Of a stretch of 64,000 nt of DNA, positions 1 to 12,632 are shown one piece after another. The DNA lies in contig NIVC01000659.1 of assembly GCA_002269645.1 (NCBI GenBank), positions 248,001 through 312,000 on the forward strand. The letters are read 5' to 3'. Each line of letters begins with the position of its first letter. Position 1 is the first letter of the stretch. The position numbers were made by a program, and so were the translations under genes. The notes below the pieces were generated by a model. It saw nothing but the letters and a program-made list of their open reading frames with translations, made no database searches and had not been told where the DNA came from. The stretch is from Macrostomum lignano (Eukaryota).

Positions 1-59
1 TGGGGGTTGGCCCTCATGGCTGCTCTTCTGCCTGAGAAGCCAACTGATGCATTTCTCAC

Positions 60-609
60 CTTTCAGAAATCGAGCGCCGATCTGCCACTCAACGGTGGGC
101 GTGAAGACCGGCAGCACGGTGGTGACAATGTCCACGCAGCCGCAGACCAGCAGGATGGTGCGCCGGCCGATCCGGTCGCCCAGAGTGGCAAACAACATGC
201 CGCAGGCGTCGCCAAAAAAGTACACGCTCATGAGGATGGTCGGGTAGATGTCCCTGGCGCAGACCAACTGGAAGTCCTTCACCATCGTCAGCCGGATGAA
301 GTCGTTCTCGAACTCGAACTCGGTGCACGCCTCTTCAGTCATGTTGCCGGCTGAGTACAGGGACGGATCTGCTGATGAAGCGTTGCCAGCCTCCGACGAC
401 CTGCTTATCGTGCAGTGACTGTCAAAGCCCTGAGGCTCGTAGCCGCTCGAGTTCTGCTGGGCGCACCTGAACGGCGACACGTGCAGCATGAGGGCCAGCA
501 GCTGCAGGTCCAGCACCGCCTTCACTGACGTCATCGACAGGGAGAGAAAAACCATCAGCTGGGCGCGACCGAAGCCGCCAATCTGCGTGAGAATTTTCTC
601 GTACTCCAT
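60..609 (-). CDS. SLC22/organic cation transporter-like MFS protein, first coding exon (gene continues beyond the left edge)
   Basis: Manual translation from ATG at 609: MEYEKILTQIGGFGRAQLMVFLSL...CTEFEFENDFIRLTMVKDFQLVCARDIYPTILMSVYFFGDACGMLFATLGDRIGRRTILL...GARFLK, then donor G|GTGAG at 60/59. It shows the SLC22 N-terminal pattern (IGGFGRxQ, FxLVC) and MFS motif A (GDRIGRR). It is absent from the ORF track because the frame has no stop inside the window. Confidence 0.85.
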
Positions 610-1029
610 CTGTGCACGAACTTTGGAGTCTTCTTTAATTCTCACCTGAGCATTGCTACCTGGCGAAAAATGGGTCTGTCGTTTCTCCACGAGCTAATCG
701 AGACTTTACACAAAAATTGAAACAATTTTTTAAACAGATATCTTAGGCTTTTCTGGTTTTATCTTAAAAATAAAGTGCACACTTTCTCTTGGCAAAGTAA
801 GTTGCTGGCTTCCACGCAGGTAAGCCATGCCTCAATCAGAAATGACCAGACTCGGTATCAGGGCTCAGTTGAGAACGGCGGAGCTCTCGGTTATAGTGAG
901 TTCAAAGCTCAAATCTGATTTATACTGTTTGGTCTGAAATGAAAACACTGGAATAACCTGCACTAAAATAAGGCATTGGGTAACGGTTGCTTTTGAATAC
1001 ACTGTGCAGTCCGCAGTTTCAAAAAAGTC

Positions 1030-1285
1030 ATCTAAAGAACCCGAGAAGAGTTGTGGCGCCCTCTGAAGGACCCGAGAGAAATTGTGGCGCCCTCTGAAGT
1101 ACCCGAAAGGAATTTTGACGCCCTCTGAAGGACCCGAGAGAAATTGTGGCGCCCCTCTGAAGGACCCGAGAGAAATTGTGGCGCCCTCTGAAGGACCCGA
1201 GATAAATTGTGGCGCCCTCTGAAGGACCCGAGAGAAATTGTGGCGCCCTCTGAAGGACCCGAGAGGAATTGTGGCGCCATCTGAA
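1030..1285. repeat. Minisatellite, ~31-bp unit (CTGAAGGACCCGAGAGAAATTGTGGCGCCCT), ~8 copies
   Basis: Direct inspection. Confidence 0.9.
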
Positions 1286-2417
1286 GGACTTACTACAGTG
1301 TCTAGTAGACGACAAATCCTTACTCTAAATAATTAGGTTAATGAGGCTAATCAGCTTTTATTGCCTTTTATGCAGCTCCAGAGACAGTTTTATCACGTCG
1401 TTACTTTGTCAGTAGTGTGGCGTGAACCCGAGTTTGTTATACAAATCAAGAGGAATTTTATTCCTATCGGACTCGAAAACAAATCAATTGGATCAATTCA
1501 AAGCAAACTTTCTCATATTACTCCAATTCTCTTTTACTATTTAAACTCCCAGCTTCCGACTCCATCCAGAGCCATCTGGAGGTCTATAAAACTCTCCCTG
1601 AAGGATCAAAATCATCATTCAAAGGAGGCTTGACAAATAAAAAACACTGGACCCATCTCTGCACGCTTTGATGTTTTCGAATTTCAAAATGTCAGTCAAA
1701 AATCCATAACTTTGCGCTGAGTTGACAAGAAGGCCTTCGGAGCTCCGGTTGGCGCTCCTGGACCGACAGTGCAGCTTCCGTCTTGCAGATTCCTCATCTC
1801 TTCGTGGCCATGCATGCACGGGATTTCCGCGACTGCAGAACAATGGGAGCGCTATGAGGTAAGTAGACCCTGAGCAAACTGATTTGCCTAGCATTAAGCT
1901 TCAGCTTAAACGGGGAGCCTGTTACTCGAGACAGCTCAGGATGTGTGCTCTGGCTTCGGGGTCGGCAACAACTGTGGAAGCTGCCTGGGCTTCAGTTTGT
2001 CTATCTTTGCCCCCCCCCCTCCCAACCCCCGAATTTTTCAATCAAATTCAGAGCTAACAGGCGGCTGTTGTTGGCCGTGCCGGATGCCACCTCATTGCCA
2101 GCCCTGATTGCCAGCCGTGCAGACTCAATCAGCAATTATCAGCCATGCGAGGCAAAGCGTTAACAGTCGGGCAAACATTGCGGGCCAGATTTTTTCCCTG
2201 TCTCCCATTAAGTATCTTGTGCAGGCCGGGTTTCCCGCCAGTTTTGGGATTAACGATTGAAAAACACGAGCAGGCGGAAGCATTCTTTGGCTGGCACAAC
2301 ACGCTTCTCATGGGGCCGGTTCAGGAAATTCACTGCCTGTGCAAAGCCAAGAAGGTTTTGAATCAAAATTTGAAGTAAGAGCTGTTGCCTCCGAAGCCCT
2401 TCTTTACGAGAGGCGGT

Positions 2418-3405
2418 TTTCAATCCACAGACTTTACAACTTTTCAATCCACAAACTTCACAATCCACAAACTTCACAATCCACAAACTTCACAATCTAC
2501 AAACTGTACAATCCACAAACTGTAAAATCCACAAACTGTACAATCCACAAACTTCACAATCCACAAACTTCACAATCTACAAACTGTACAATCCACAAAC
2601 TGTAAAATCCACAAACTGTACAATCCACAAACTTCACAATCCACAAACTTCACAATCTACAAACTGTACAATCCACAAACTTTAAAATCCACAAACTGTA
2701 CAATCCACAAACTTCACAATCCACAAACTTCACAATCTACAAACTGTACAATCCCCAAACTGTAAAATCCACAAACTGTACAATCCACAAACTTCACAAT
2801 CCACAAACTTCACAATCTACAAACTGTACAATTCACAAACTTCACAAACCACAAACTACAATCCACAAACTGTACAATTCACAAACTTCACAATTCACAA
2901 ACTTCACAATTCACAAACTTCACAATTCACAAACTTCACAATCTACAAACTGTACAATCCACAAACTTCACAATCCACAAACTTCACAATCTACAAACTG
3001 TACAATTCACAAACTTCACAAACCACAAACTACAATCCACAAACTGTACAATTCACAAACTTCACAATTCACAAACTTCACAATTCACAAACTTCACAAT
3101 CTACAAACTGTACAATTCACAAACTTCACAATCTACAAACTGTACAATTCACAAACTTCACAATCTACAAACTGTACAATTCACAAACTTCACAAACCAC
3201 AAACTACAATCCATAAACTGTACAATCCACAAACTTCACAATTCACAAACTGTACAATCCACAAACGTACATTCCACAAACTGTACAATTCACAAAATTC
3301 ACAATCCACAAACTTCACAATCCACAAACTGTACAATTCACAAACTTCACAATTCACAAACTTCACAATCCACAAACTTCACAATCCACAAACTGTACAA
3401 TCCAA
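2418..3405. repeat. Minisatellite, ~16-bp unit (CACAAACTTCACAATC / CACAAACTGTACAATC variants)
   Basis: Direct inspection. Confidence 0.9.
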
Positions 3406-4371
3406 ATACTTAAAAATTCACAACCTCCACAGATCGCAAATGCCATGATTTTCAACTGTCGAGATGCTGCGAATTCATTCGGCATCATTATGAGACCAGA
3501 AGTTGCGTCACCAGCTTTGCCTGCGGGGGTGGCGATTCTGAGCAGTTCAGTAGGGGAAGCCATAATAACACAGCCAGCATTCCACTGACAGCAGCTGTCA
3601 ACTTTCGGCAATGACGAGTAGGACTCAACAAAACTTCCTGCATTCTATTTCGTTGTCGACTTTTTTATCGAAGAAGAGTGCGGGGGATTTCTCGAGGAAT
3701 AGTTTCTTGAACAAGAAATTTTAACCCCCTTAGCAACTATAGTCTCCCTCTGTCTCCTAGATCCATATTCCTGTTCAGTTGTCTGTTTGAGTTTGACAGG
3801 TTCATTTTGGAGGAAGAAAGAGAATAAAAAAACGTTTATGATGAACAAGGATCCACACGAGTTCTCTGCGACACTGAGGGCGACAGAACCTAGAGAGCAA
3901 TTCGTGTGATGATTGTGTTGAAATCACTCCACTTGTCCTCACTGGCTGATTGATTGATTTTCGCACTCGTAACACTCGGGGCGACAAAGAGCTTTGGGAT
4001 ATTATATACTTATAGTTATCGGAAGTACCCTGTATTTATCGTTCAAAGCTTGCTCGGCTCGCGCAATTGGAATTGGAATTGAGTGAGGGTCCACTTGGGT
4101 TGCACGCTTCGCTGCAGACCATAATTAACTTGTTTCAAAGTTTCCGCCAGTCAGGGGGCTCACAACTGGACAATGACATCACAGACGGACATCCGGGTGA
4201 GCATAGAGTTCGTCAGCGCTAGACTGACTGGCTGACTGGGCGAGCAATTGAGCGGAAAAGTGGCTGAGCAAAAAAGACAAACTAACTTTTAAATTAGAAT
4301 TTGAACGTTTCTCTTTGCTCAGAGGTAACGGCCCTGAAAATCCGGATGAAGAGGCTGACGTTCAGGTTGGG

Positions 4372-5155
4372 GAAAAGTCGCTCACCTCTGTAGGAACTTG
4401 GGAAAGAGGTGCTCATCACCCCTAAAGGAGACTTGGGGAAGAGGCGCTCACCCCTGAAGGAACTTAGGAAAGAGGCGCTCACCCCTGAAGGAACTTGGGG
4501 AAGCGGCACTCACCCCTGAAGGAACTTGGGGAAGAGGCGCTCACCCCTGAAGGAACTTGGGGAAGAGGCGTTCACCCCTGAAGGAACTTTTGGAAGAGGC
4601 GCTCACCCCTGAAGGAACTTGGGGAAGCGGCACTCACCCCTGAAGGAACTTTTGGAAGAGGCGCTCACCCCTGAAGGAACTTGGGGAAGCGGCACTCACC
4701 CCTGAAGGAACTTGGGGAAGAGGCACTCACCCCTGAAGAAACTTTTGGAAGAGGCACTCACCCCTGAAGGAACTTGGGGAAGAGGCACTCACCCCTGAAG
4801 GAACTTAGGAAAGCGGCACTCATCCCTGAAGGAACTTGGGGAAGAGGCACTCACCCCTGAAGGAACTTTTGGAAGAGGCGCTCACCCCTGAAGGAACTTG
4901 GGGAAGAGGCGTTCACCTCTGAAGGAACTTGGGGAAGAGGCGCTCATCCCTGAAGGAACTTGGGGAAGAGGCACTCACCCCTGAAGGAACTTTTGGAAGA
5001 GGCGCTCACCCCTGAAGGAACTTGGGGAAGAGGCGCTCACCTCTGAAGGAACTTGGGGAAGAGGCGCTCACCCCTGAAGGAACTTGGGGAAGAGGCGCTC
5101 ACCCCTGAAGGAACTTGGGGAAGCGGCACTCATCCCTGAAGGAACTTAGGGAAGG
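4372..5155. repeat. Minisatellite, ~31-bp unit (CACCCCTGAAGGAACTTGGGGAAGAGGCGCT)
   Basis: Direct inspection. Confidence 0.9.
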
Positions 5156-5952
5156 AGGAATGCTTGCATCACATGCCCCGAGCTTGATAACTAACAATCG
5201 TCGTTGGGCAAAAACCAAACTGTATACTAAGAAAGACAGACAACTTAATAAGTTAAGGCGTGGGCACAATGCGAAATTATAGAAGAACAAACTGGGTTAA
5301 TAACTGGCTTGGCCAACAGGCCAAGTCTCATTCATGGTTTGTGTTTGTCACAAATTGGTAAAGAAAGTGAGGAGCGATAGGGCTCAGTCTCTCTCTTTTG
5401 TTCAGCTCAACCAGCCCCATGGTCCGCTTCCAGCCGATTGTCAGTTTGCTGATCGTGACAAAATGGACAGTTTCTCTTGAATGAAATGAGACGGCGGTCC
5501 CAGCTATTTGTCTTATCTATCTAAATACCTTTAATGAATTCCACACAGTAGTGGAGCGAGTTTATGGCGGCCGGGTGTGTCATTAACTGCACGCCCCAAG
5601 TCCGCGGCTGCACCGCGAAATGAATCAAAAGGTGCTAATTAGTCATCCACCCCAACCCCACACCACTCTAGACTTAAATTGCTCAAACTCATTTCACACC
5701 TATGCACTCGTGGCTGGGTTGGGACCGGAACGCGCCGTCTGTTGTTTAAGGTTGGGCCGCCCCGAGCGCACAAACACCATTAATAATTGTTGGATGTTTG
5801 CACAATCAGTGGGGGCAAACAGACAGAGACCTGTATAGCTCTGAGACTAATGAATTCCGTGGATGGCTCGTAGAGAGAAGCGGCTGTTGTGTTTTAGAAT
5901 TCAGAAAATAAAGAATACAGCCGACTAAACTGAGTTGAATTGAATTGGATTG

Positions 5953-6207
<255 letters not shown>

Positions 6208-6534
6208 CAAGTTGAGACTGACAGGCTGACAGCAATGGTGACTGTGTGTGTCGTCTTTTCTCTCTTTTTTTCACAATCGATTCTGTCAGTTTTTCGGCTC
6301 TTTATGAGTTTTAGATTAGCGCAAAAGTTGAGTTGTTTACCTAAGCTTAATGAGGTAGGTAGGCTAGTAGGTAAATGCTATACCAGGTGATAGGTGGGTG
6401 GGTGGAGTGCGGCAGCCTAAATAACAACAATGAGGCTCTGATGAGCAGCGATTAACCACCCCTCCTTCGCTGTGCGGTCGGTTCGGGAGCTTCTTAAATA
6501 AACAAGAAAAATAGGCTATAGAACCCAATCAAAT

Positions 6535-6885
6535 TGGCTTACAGACCTCACACTCTATGCTTACAGACCTCACATTCTATGCTTACAGACCTCACACTCT
6601 ATGCTTACAGACCTCACATTCTATGCTTACAGACCTCACACTCTATGCTTACAGACCTCACATTCTATGCTTACAGACCTCACACTCTATGCTTACAGAC
6701 CTCACATTCTATGCTTACAGACCCCACACTCCGATGCTTACAGACCCCACACTCCGATGCTTACAGACCTTACACTCCGATGCTTACAGACCCCACACTC
6801 CGATGCTTACAGACCCCACACTCCGATGCTTACAAACCCCACACTCCGATGCTTACAGACCCCACACTCCGATGCTTACAGACTT
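6535..6885. repeat. Minisatellite, ~23-bp unit (ATGCTTACAGACCTCACACTCT shifting to ATGCTTACAGACCCCACACTCCG)
   Basis: Direct inspection. Confidence 0.9.
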
Positions 6886-7714
6886 TTGAACTTAATGCTT
6901 GGAGTGGCCAGGCAGTGAAGGGTCATGCGCCTTTATGCATGGAAACCAAAAAGGAATATTAATGATACTTGATAGTTTAAACAGCTTAAGTGTTGAACTC
7001 AAATAGCTGAGCTCAACTCAAATAAACGTTATAAATTTTTATAGACAGATAATTTTACAAACGGGCTACGCTACCTTTCGTAATGAATGACAGGAAAATC
7101 ATCGTCGGATCGGGAAAAAGCTAAAGCCTCATCACCATCATCGTAATTGCTCAGACCCCTGCCAATTATCCCCATTGCAGCTTAATGGGTCTGCTCATTA
7201 TCAATATCTCACAAGCCGCTATACAAAAATGAGCAGAGAGGAGAACTCAAATTGCTAATAAAATTTGCTTGTCATTTTCCCTGAATGAAAACACGCCGTT
7301 TGGGGCTGCACAGCGGAGACAAGAGGAGTGTGGAATTGGGATGGTAAGGCTGCGGGCCCCGCACGATTAACTCACCTGCACGGGCCCAGTTAGTCAAGTC
7401 AGTCGTGTAATGAGCCCTGTCTCAACTACCCTGCTGCTGGTTGCATAATGTGTATGAGGCTAATAACCTGGCTAAAGCGCCTGCACACCAGCCCAAACCC
7501 TGGTCTTGCACCGCAATGCTGCCATGAATGTCTACTTGATGAATTGCAGCCGAAACAGGGGGGGGGGGTGATGGAGGTAGCGGGCCATGGAGCACTGGAG
7601 TCTCGCGTCTGGTCGGGAATAGACACTCAAGAAGTTCTTTTAAAAGAATGATTGAGAAAATTGGAAAATTTTAAAAAATTGTTTCCATGCACAAGTATTG
7701 TAGGCACATCTTGC

Positions 7715-8278
7715 AACTCTATCTAGCACTCCTGACACCTCTATATCTAGCACTCCTGACACCTCTATATCTAGCACTCCTGGCACCTCTATATCTAGCA
7801 CTCCTGACACCTCTATATCTAGCACTCCTGACACCTCTATATCTAGCACTCCTGACACCTCTATATCTAGCACTCCTGACACCTCTATATCTAGCACTCC
7901 TGACACCTCTATATCTAGCACTCCTGGCACCTCTATATCTAGCACTCCTGACACCTCTATATCTAGCAATCCTGACACCTCTATATCTAGCACTCCTGAC
8001 ACCTCTATATCTAGCACTCCTGACACCTCTATATCTAGCACTCCTGACACCTCTATATCTAGCACTCCTGGCACCTCTATATCTAGCACTCCTGACACCT
8101 CTATATCTAGCACTCCTGACACCTCTATATCTAGCACTCCTGACACCTCTATATCTAGCACTCCTGACACCTCTATATCTAGCAATCCTGACACCTCTAT
8201 ATCTAGCACTCCTGACACCTCTATATCTAGCACTCCTGACACCTCTATATCTAGCACTCCTGACACCTCTATATCTAT
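7715..8278. repeat. Minisatellite, 24-bp unit (CTCTATATCTAGCACTCCTGACAC), ~23 copies
   Basis: Direct inspection; the 8-aa periodic ORFs on both strands are artefacts. Confidence 0.95.
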
Positions 8279-8933
8279 AGAAAATCTAAGCCTATAGAGT
8301 ACAGGTGTTTATACTGAGCAGTCCATGGGCCTATTACAGCATCCTGTCAGGGCTGACCTCCAGCCTGAGGGTGAGTGTGGTGGAGATAAACGATGGCTTA
8401 TAGGCCAGTCTGGTAGTATAGGGAATAAATTGACTGTTTAGCACCCTCATTTATCCCTATATGGGTAACTCCCCCGGTGCTTATGCCCATGCTAATCAAT
8501 TTCCACTTGTGGATCTGGTGGGGTGGCAGCACACAATGAGCCTAATTTTCCCCTTGTTTCACCCCTCAATTCACCTGCAGATCTGGGAGGCCATTTTGCT
8601 GAATTTTTGGCTTTAATACGAGTCGCCCCAATCGCACCAATGTGGGTGGCCGCTGGTCCTGCTGTTTCGAGAAGCAGGCAGAACCCTTGTTGTTTGAGGC
8701 AACTTGCAACTTTCTTTAACTTCCAGCGGCTCTCCCCTCACTCCCTCACTCTACTCATTCACTTGACTACTTTCCTTTTGTTGCAGCAAAATTGTGTTTT
8801 GCTAAGAAATTTTCTAGCAGCAAAAGCGGCCTTCAGACCGGTGGGTGTTAGGGGTAATTTTGCAACCGTTTTGGAGAAAGTTGCTTTTATTTGCAACAAA
8901 TTTTGGCTGCAATTTTTTTTCTGGGAACACCTA

Positions 8934-9670
8934 GGACCGATTTCATGAGCAACTGGTAACTTAGCAGTTAGCAACAGCTAAAATACGAGTAACCGCGGGT
9001 ATTCAGCAGTCTGTTAAAAACCGGTTTCATGAAGCAAGCAACTAGTCAATCTCTGCTTCTAAATATCAGTACTGCTTTTGACAGCCAAGTTGATAATTAA
9101 GCTAACCAAGTTGAAAATCTGCCGTGCGCTGTCAGCGAGTGTTCCCAACCCTTCTGTTGATTTAGCATCGACACTCTTGGCCATAGACATAAAAAAGACT
9201 AACCAAGTTGATAAAAAGCCAACTGTCTATGGCCTAGACTTATTATGTCTATGGCCTAGAGTGTCGATGCTAAATCAAGGGAAGGGTTGAGAACACTCGC
9301 TGACTGCGCAAGGCGGATTCTTAACTTGGTTGGCTTAATTATCAACTTGGCTGTCAAAAGCAATACTGCTACTCACCCTAGCAATGAATTCGTGCCATAG
9401 ACATGAGTTTTAACCGTAAAAATGCTGGTATTTTAGCCGCACTGCTATGCTCATGAAACCAAACATTACCAGCCCCTGAGAACACTCTATACTATGAGCC
9501 ATAGACAGTCGTTTTCAATTTCTAGAGGCAGTCTCAATTTTAACAGTAAGTTCGTGAAACCACAACTAACCAGACCGCTAAAAGTTAGCAGCTGCTAAGG
9601 TTCGTCATGAAACCAAACTTCATATAGCTGCGTCTATTTACCAGTTACCAGTTGCTCATGAAATCGGTCC
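8934..9670. mobile_element. MITE with ~25-bp TIRs (GGACCGATTTCATGAGCAACTGGTAA ... TTACCAGTTGCTCATGAAATCGGTCC), possibly PIF/Harbinger-type
   Basis: Essentially perfect terminal inverted repeat; internal CATGAAAC subterminal motifs; flanks CTA/CTG form an imperfect 3-bp TSD. Confidence 0.75.
9067..9368. mobile_element. Foldback element nested in the MITE (~125-bp imperfect inverted arms, ~50-bp spacer)
   Basis: Left arm CAGTACTGCTTTTGACAGCCAAGTTGATAATTAAGC...GGCCATAGACATAA pairs with right arm TTATGTCTATGGCC...GCTTAATTATCAACTTGGCTGTCAAAAGCAATACTG. Confidence 0.8.
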
Positions 9671-9824
9671 CTGTGGATTGCTTTCCTTGTTGTATTAGGA
9701 AGCCAATGCTTTCTGAGATGGCTTTTATTGTAGAAGGTTTTTATTAGGTAGCCAAGCCCTTACACCTGAATGATGAAGAGTATATATACCTGTCGCAGTA
9801 GTTGGTATGTAGTGAGAGATTTAA

Positions 9825-11430
9825 GATGTGTCAGTTGCTATAAGATGTGTCAGTTGCTATAAGATGTGTCAGTTGCTATAAGATGTGTCAGTTGCTATAA
9901 GATGTGTCAGTTGCTATAAGATGTGTCAGTTGCTATAAGATGTGTCAGTTGCTATAAGATGTGTCAGTTGCTATAAGATGTGTCAGTTGCTATACGATGT
10001 GTCAGTTGCTACAAGATGTGTCAGTTGCTACAAGATGTGTCAGTAGATGTCAGATGTGTCAGTAGGTGTCAGATATGTCAGTGGGTGTCAGATATGTCAG
10101 TAGATTTCAAATGTGTCAGTAGATGTCAGATGTGTCAGTAGATGTCAGATGTGTCAGTCGATGTCAGATGTGTCAGTAGATGTCAGATGTGTCAGTCGAT
10201 GTCAGATGTGTCAGTAGATGTCAGATGTGTCAGTAGATGTCAGATGTGCCAGTAGATTTCAAATGTGTCAGTAGATGTCAGATGTGTCAGTAGATGTCAG
10301 ATGTGTCAGTCGATGTCAGATGTGTCAGTAGATGTCAGATGTGTCAGTAGGTGTCAGATATGTCAGTGGGTGTCAGATATGTCAGTAGATGTCAAATGTG
10401 TCAGTAGATGTCAGATGTGTCAGTAGATGTCAGATGTGTCAGTCGATGTCAGATGTGTCAGTAGATGTCAGATGTGTCAGTAGGTGTCAGATATGTCAGT
10501 AGATGTCAGATATGTCAGTAGATTTCAAATGTGTCAGTAGATGTCAGATGTGTCAGTAGATGTCAGATGTGTCAGTCGATGTCAGATGTGTCAGTCGATG
10601 TCAGATGTGTCAGTAGGTGTCAGATATGTCAGTAGATGTCAGATATGTCAGTAGATTTCAAATGTGTCAGTAGATGTCAGATGTGTCAGTAGATGTCAGA
10701 TGTGTCAGTCGATGTCAGATGTGTCAGTAGATGTCAGATGTGTCAGTAGGTGTCAGATATGTCAGTAGATGTCAGATATGTCAGTAGATTTCAAATGTGT
10801 CAGTAGATGTCAGATGTGTCAGTAGATGTCAGATGTGTCAGTCGATGTCAGATGTGTCAGTCGATGTCAGATGTGTCAGTAGGTGTCAGATATGTCAGTA
10901 GATGTCAGATATGTCAGTAGATTTCAAATGTGTCAGTAGATGTCAGATGTGTCAGTAGATGTCAGATGTGTCAGTAGATGTCAGATGTGTCAGTAGATGT
11001 CAGATGTGTCAGTAGATGTCAGATGTGTCAGTAGATGTCAGATGTGTCAGTCGATGTCAGATGTGTCAGTCGATGTCAGATGTGTCAGTAGGTGTCAGAT
11101 ATGTCAGTGGGTGTCAGATATGTCAGTAGATTTCAAATGTGTCAGTAGATGTCAGATGTGTCAGTAGATGTCAGATGTGTCAGTAGATGTCAGATGTGTC
11201 AGTAGATGTCAGATGTGTCAGTAGATGTCAGATGTGTCAGTAGATGTCAGATGTGTCAGTAGATGTCAGATGTGTCAGTAGATGTCAGATGTGTCAGTAG
11301 ATGTCAGATGTGTCAGTAGATGTCAGATGTGTCAGTAGATGTCAGATGTGTCAGTAGATGTCAGATGTGTCAGTAGATGTCAGATGTGTCAGTAGATGTC
11401 AGATGTGTCAGTAGATGTCAGATGTATCAG
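9825..11430. repeat. Composite 19-bp minisatellite (AGATGTGTCAGTTGCTATA switching to AGATGTGTCAGTAGATGTC)
   Basis: Direct inspection. Confidence 0.95.
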
Positions 11431-11965
11431 TAGTACATACAGATGCTGCAGTATCCACAGACAGGAATCAATAAAGGTATATATATGCTCGCAAGTGAAG
11501 GAAATTCACTTCCATCTGACCAGTTCGAACTGTGCATGAGGACTGACTGCTCTAACAACAAAACGGACATGTAGCCAGTTACAGTTTTTTGCCAATGCGA
11601 GAGAAATCTGCTTTTATTTATTTTTACAAAGACATCAGACTAAAGAACAATAAGCTACTACATAGAGTATACATTGTAGATAATAGATAGTTGAAGTTGC
11701 GAATGACTAGTGTGCTATTGTCAAATCTCTTCTCATATTAGAGTAGCCACACAGGACAACTGTATCAAATTCCAGACATATAAATTTCAAATTAAGCAAT
11801 ATGGAAAATGTTTTGTCAAAAAAACAATAATAACGAAATGTGTGGCAGTGGTCAATATAGAGTTTCATGACGAAGAAGCAAATTAAGTCTTTATTTATTC
11901 CCCTCGTGGCGGTCAAAGGTAGAAATTATTTGTTTAAACTTTAAACTGTTTTGAAAGTCTAGATA

Positions 11966-12532
11966 CAGAGGTTGGCAAACTTTCTTTTACCTCGAGGGCC
12001 AGTTAAAGAATCCAGCTCATGGCTGCGGGCCAGATAGTGGAAAAGAGAGGGAATATAAGATGAGAGCTGAGAGAAGAGATAGAAGAGCAGAGAAGAGGAG
12101 GAGACATTGGGGAAAGAAGAGAGAGAGGGTAGAGAAGGGAGAGGGGAGAAAGGGGAGAGAAGAGAAAGGAGAGAGGGGGAAGAGAAATAAGAGGGAAGAT
12201 AAGAGAGGAGAGAAGAAGAGAGAGAGAAGAGGGGAGAGAGGAGAGAAGAGAGAGAGGAAAAAGGAGAGAGGGGAGAGAAAGAAGTGGGGAGAGAAGAGAG
12301 GAGAGAAGGGGGAGAGAGAGGAGAGGGGAGAGAGGAGAGAGGGGAGAGAGGGGAGAGGGGAGAGAGAAGACAGGAGGGAGAGAGGAGAGAGGAGAGAAGA
12401 GAGAGAGAGCTGAGAAGAGACTAACATTGAGCGGGCCGGATCGCTATTGTAAAGCTTCAAAGGACCCACGGGCCTGATGGAGAGGCTTCGAAGGCCGCAT
12501 GTGGCCCGCCAGCCGGAGTTTGCCAACCCCTG
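11966..12532. mobile_element. Non-autonomous hAT (Charlie-like) MITE with an internal degenerate GA-rich simple repeat
   Basis: Termini CAGAGGTTGGCAAACT ... AGTTTGCCAACCCCTG; subterminal GGCCGCATGTGGCCCG motif typical of hAT MITEs; no TSD recognisable. Confidence 0.75.
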
Positions 12533-12632
12533 AATGGTCCAGAAGAAAGTGGAGGCTGCTTTAACAAGGACCCAAGGACCCGATTTGTCCGACAAGTGAG
12601 TGAAGAAGTCGCGGCTTAAACACAGAGGCTGC

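Noticed and set aside
1945-2400. Short ORFs and coding-like stretches at 1945-2400 and 3420-3850
   Set aside because: No recognisable motifs or consistent splice structure; possibly TE debris, but I cannot support a call.
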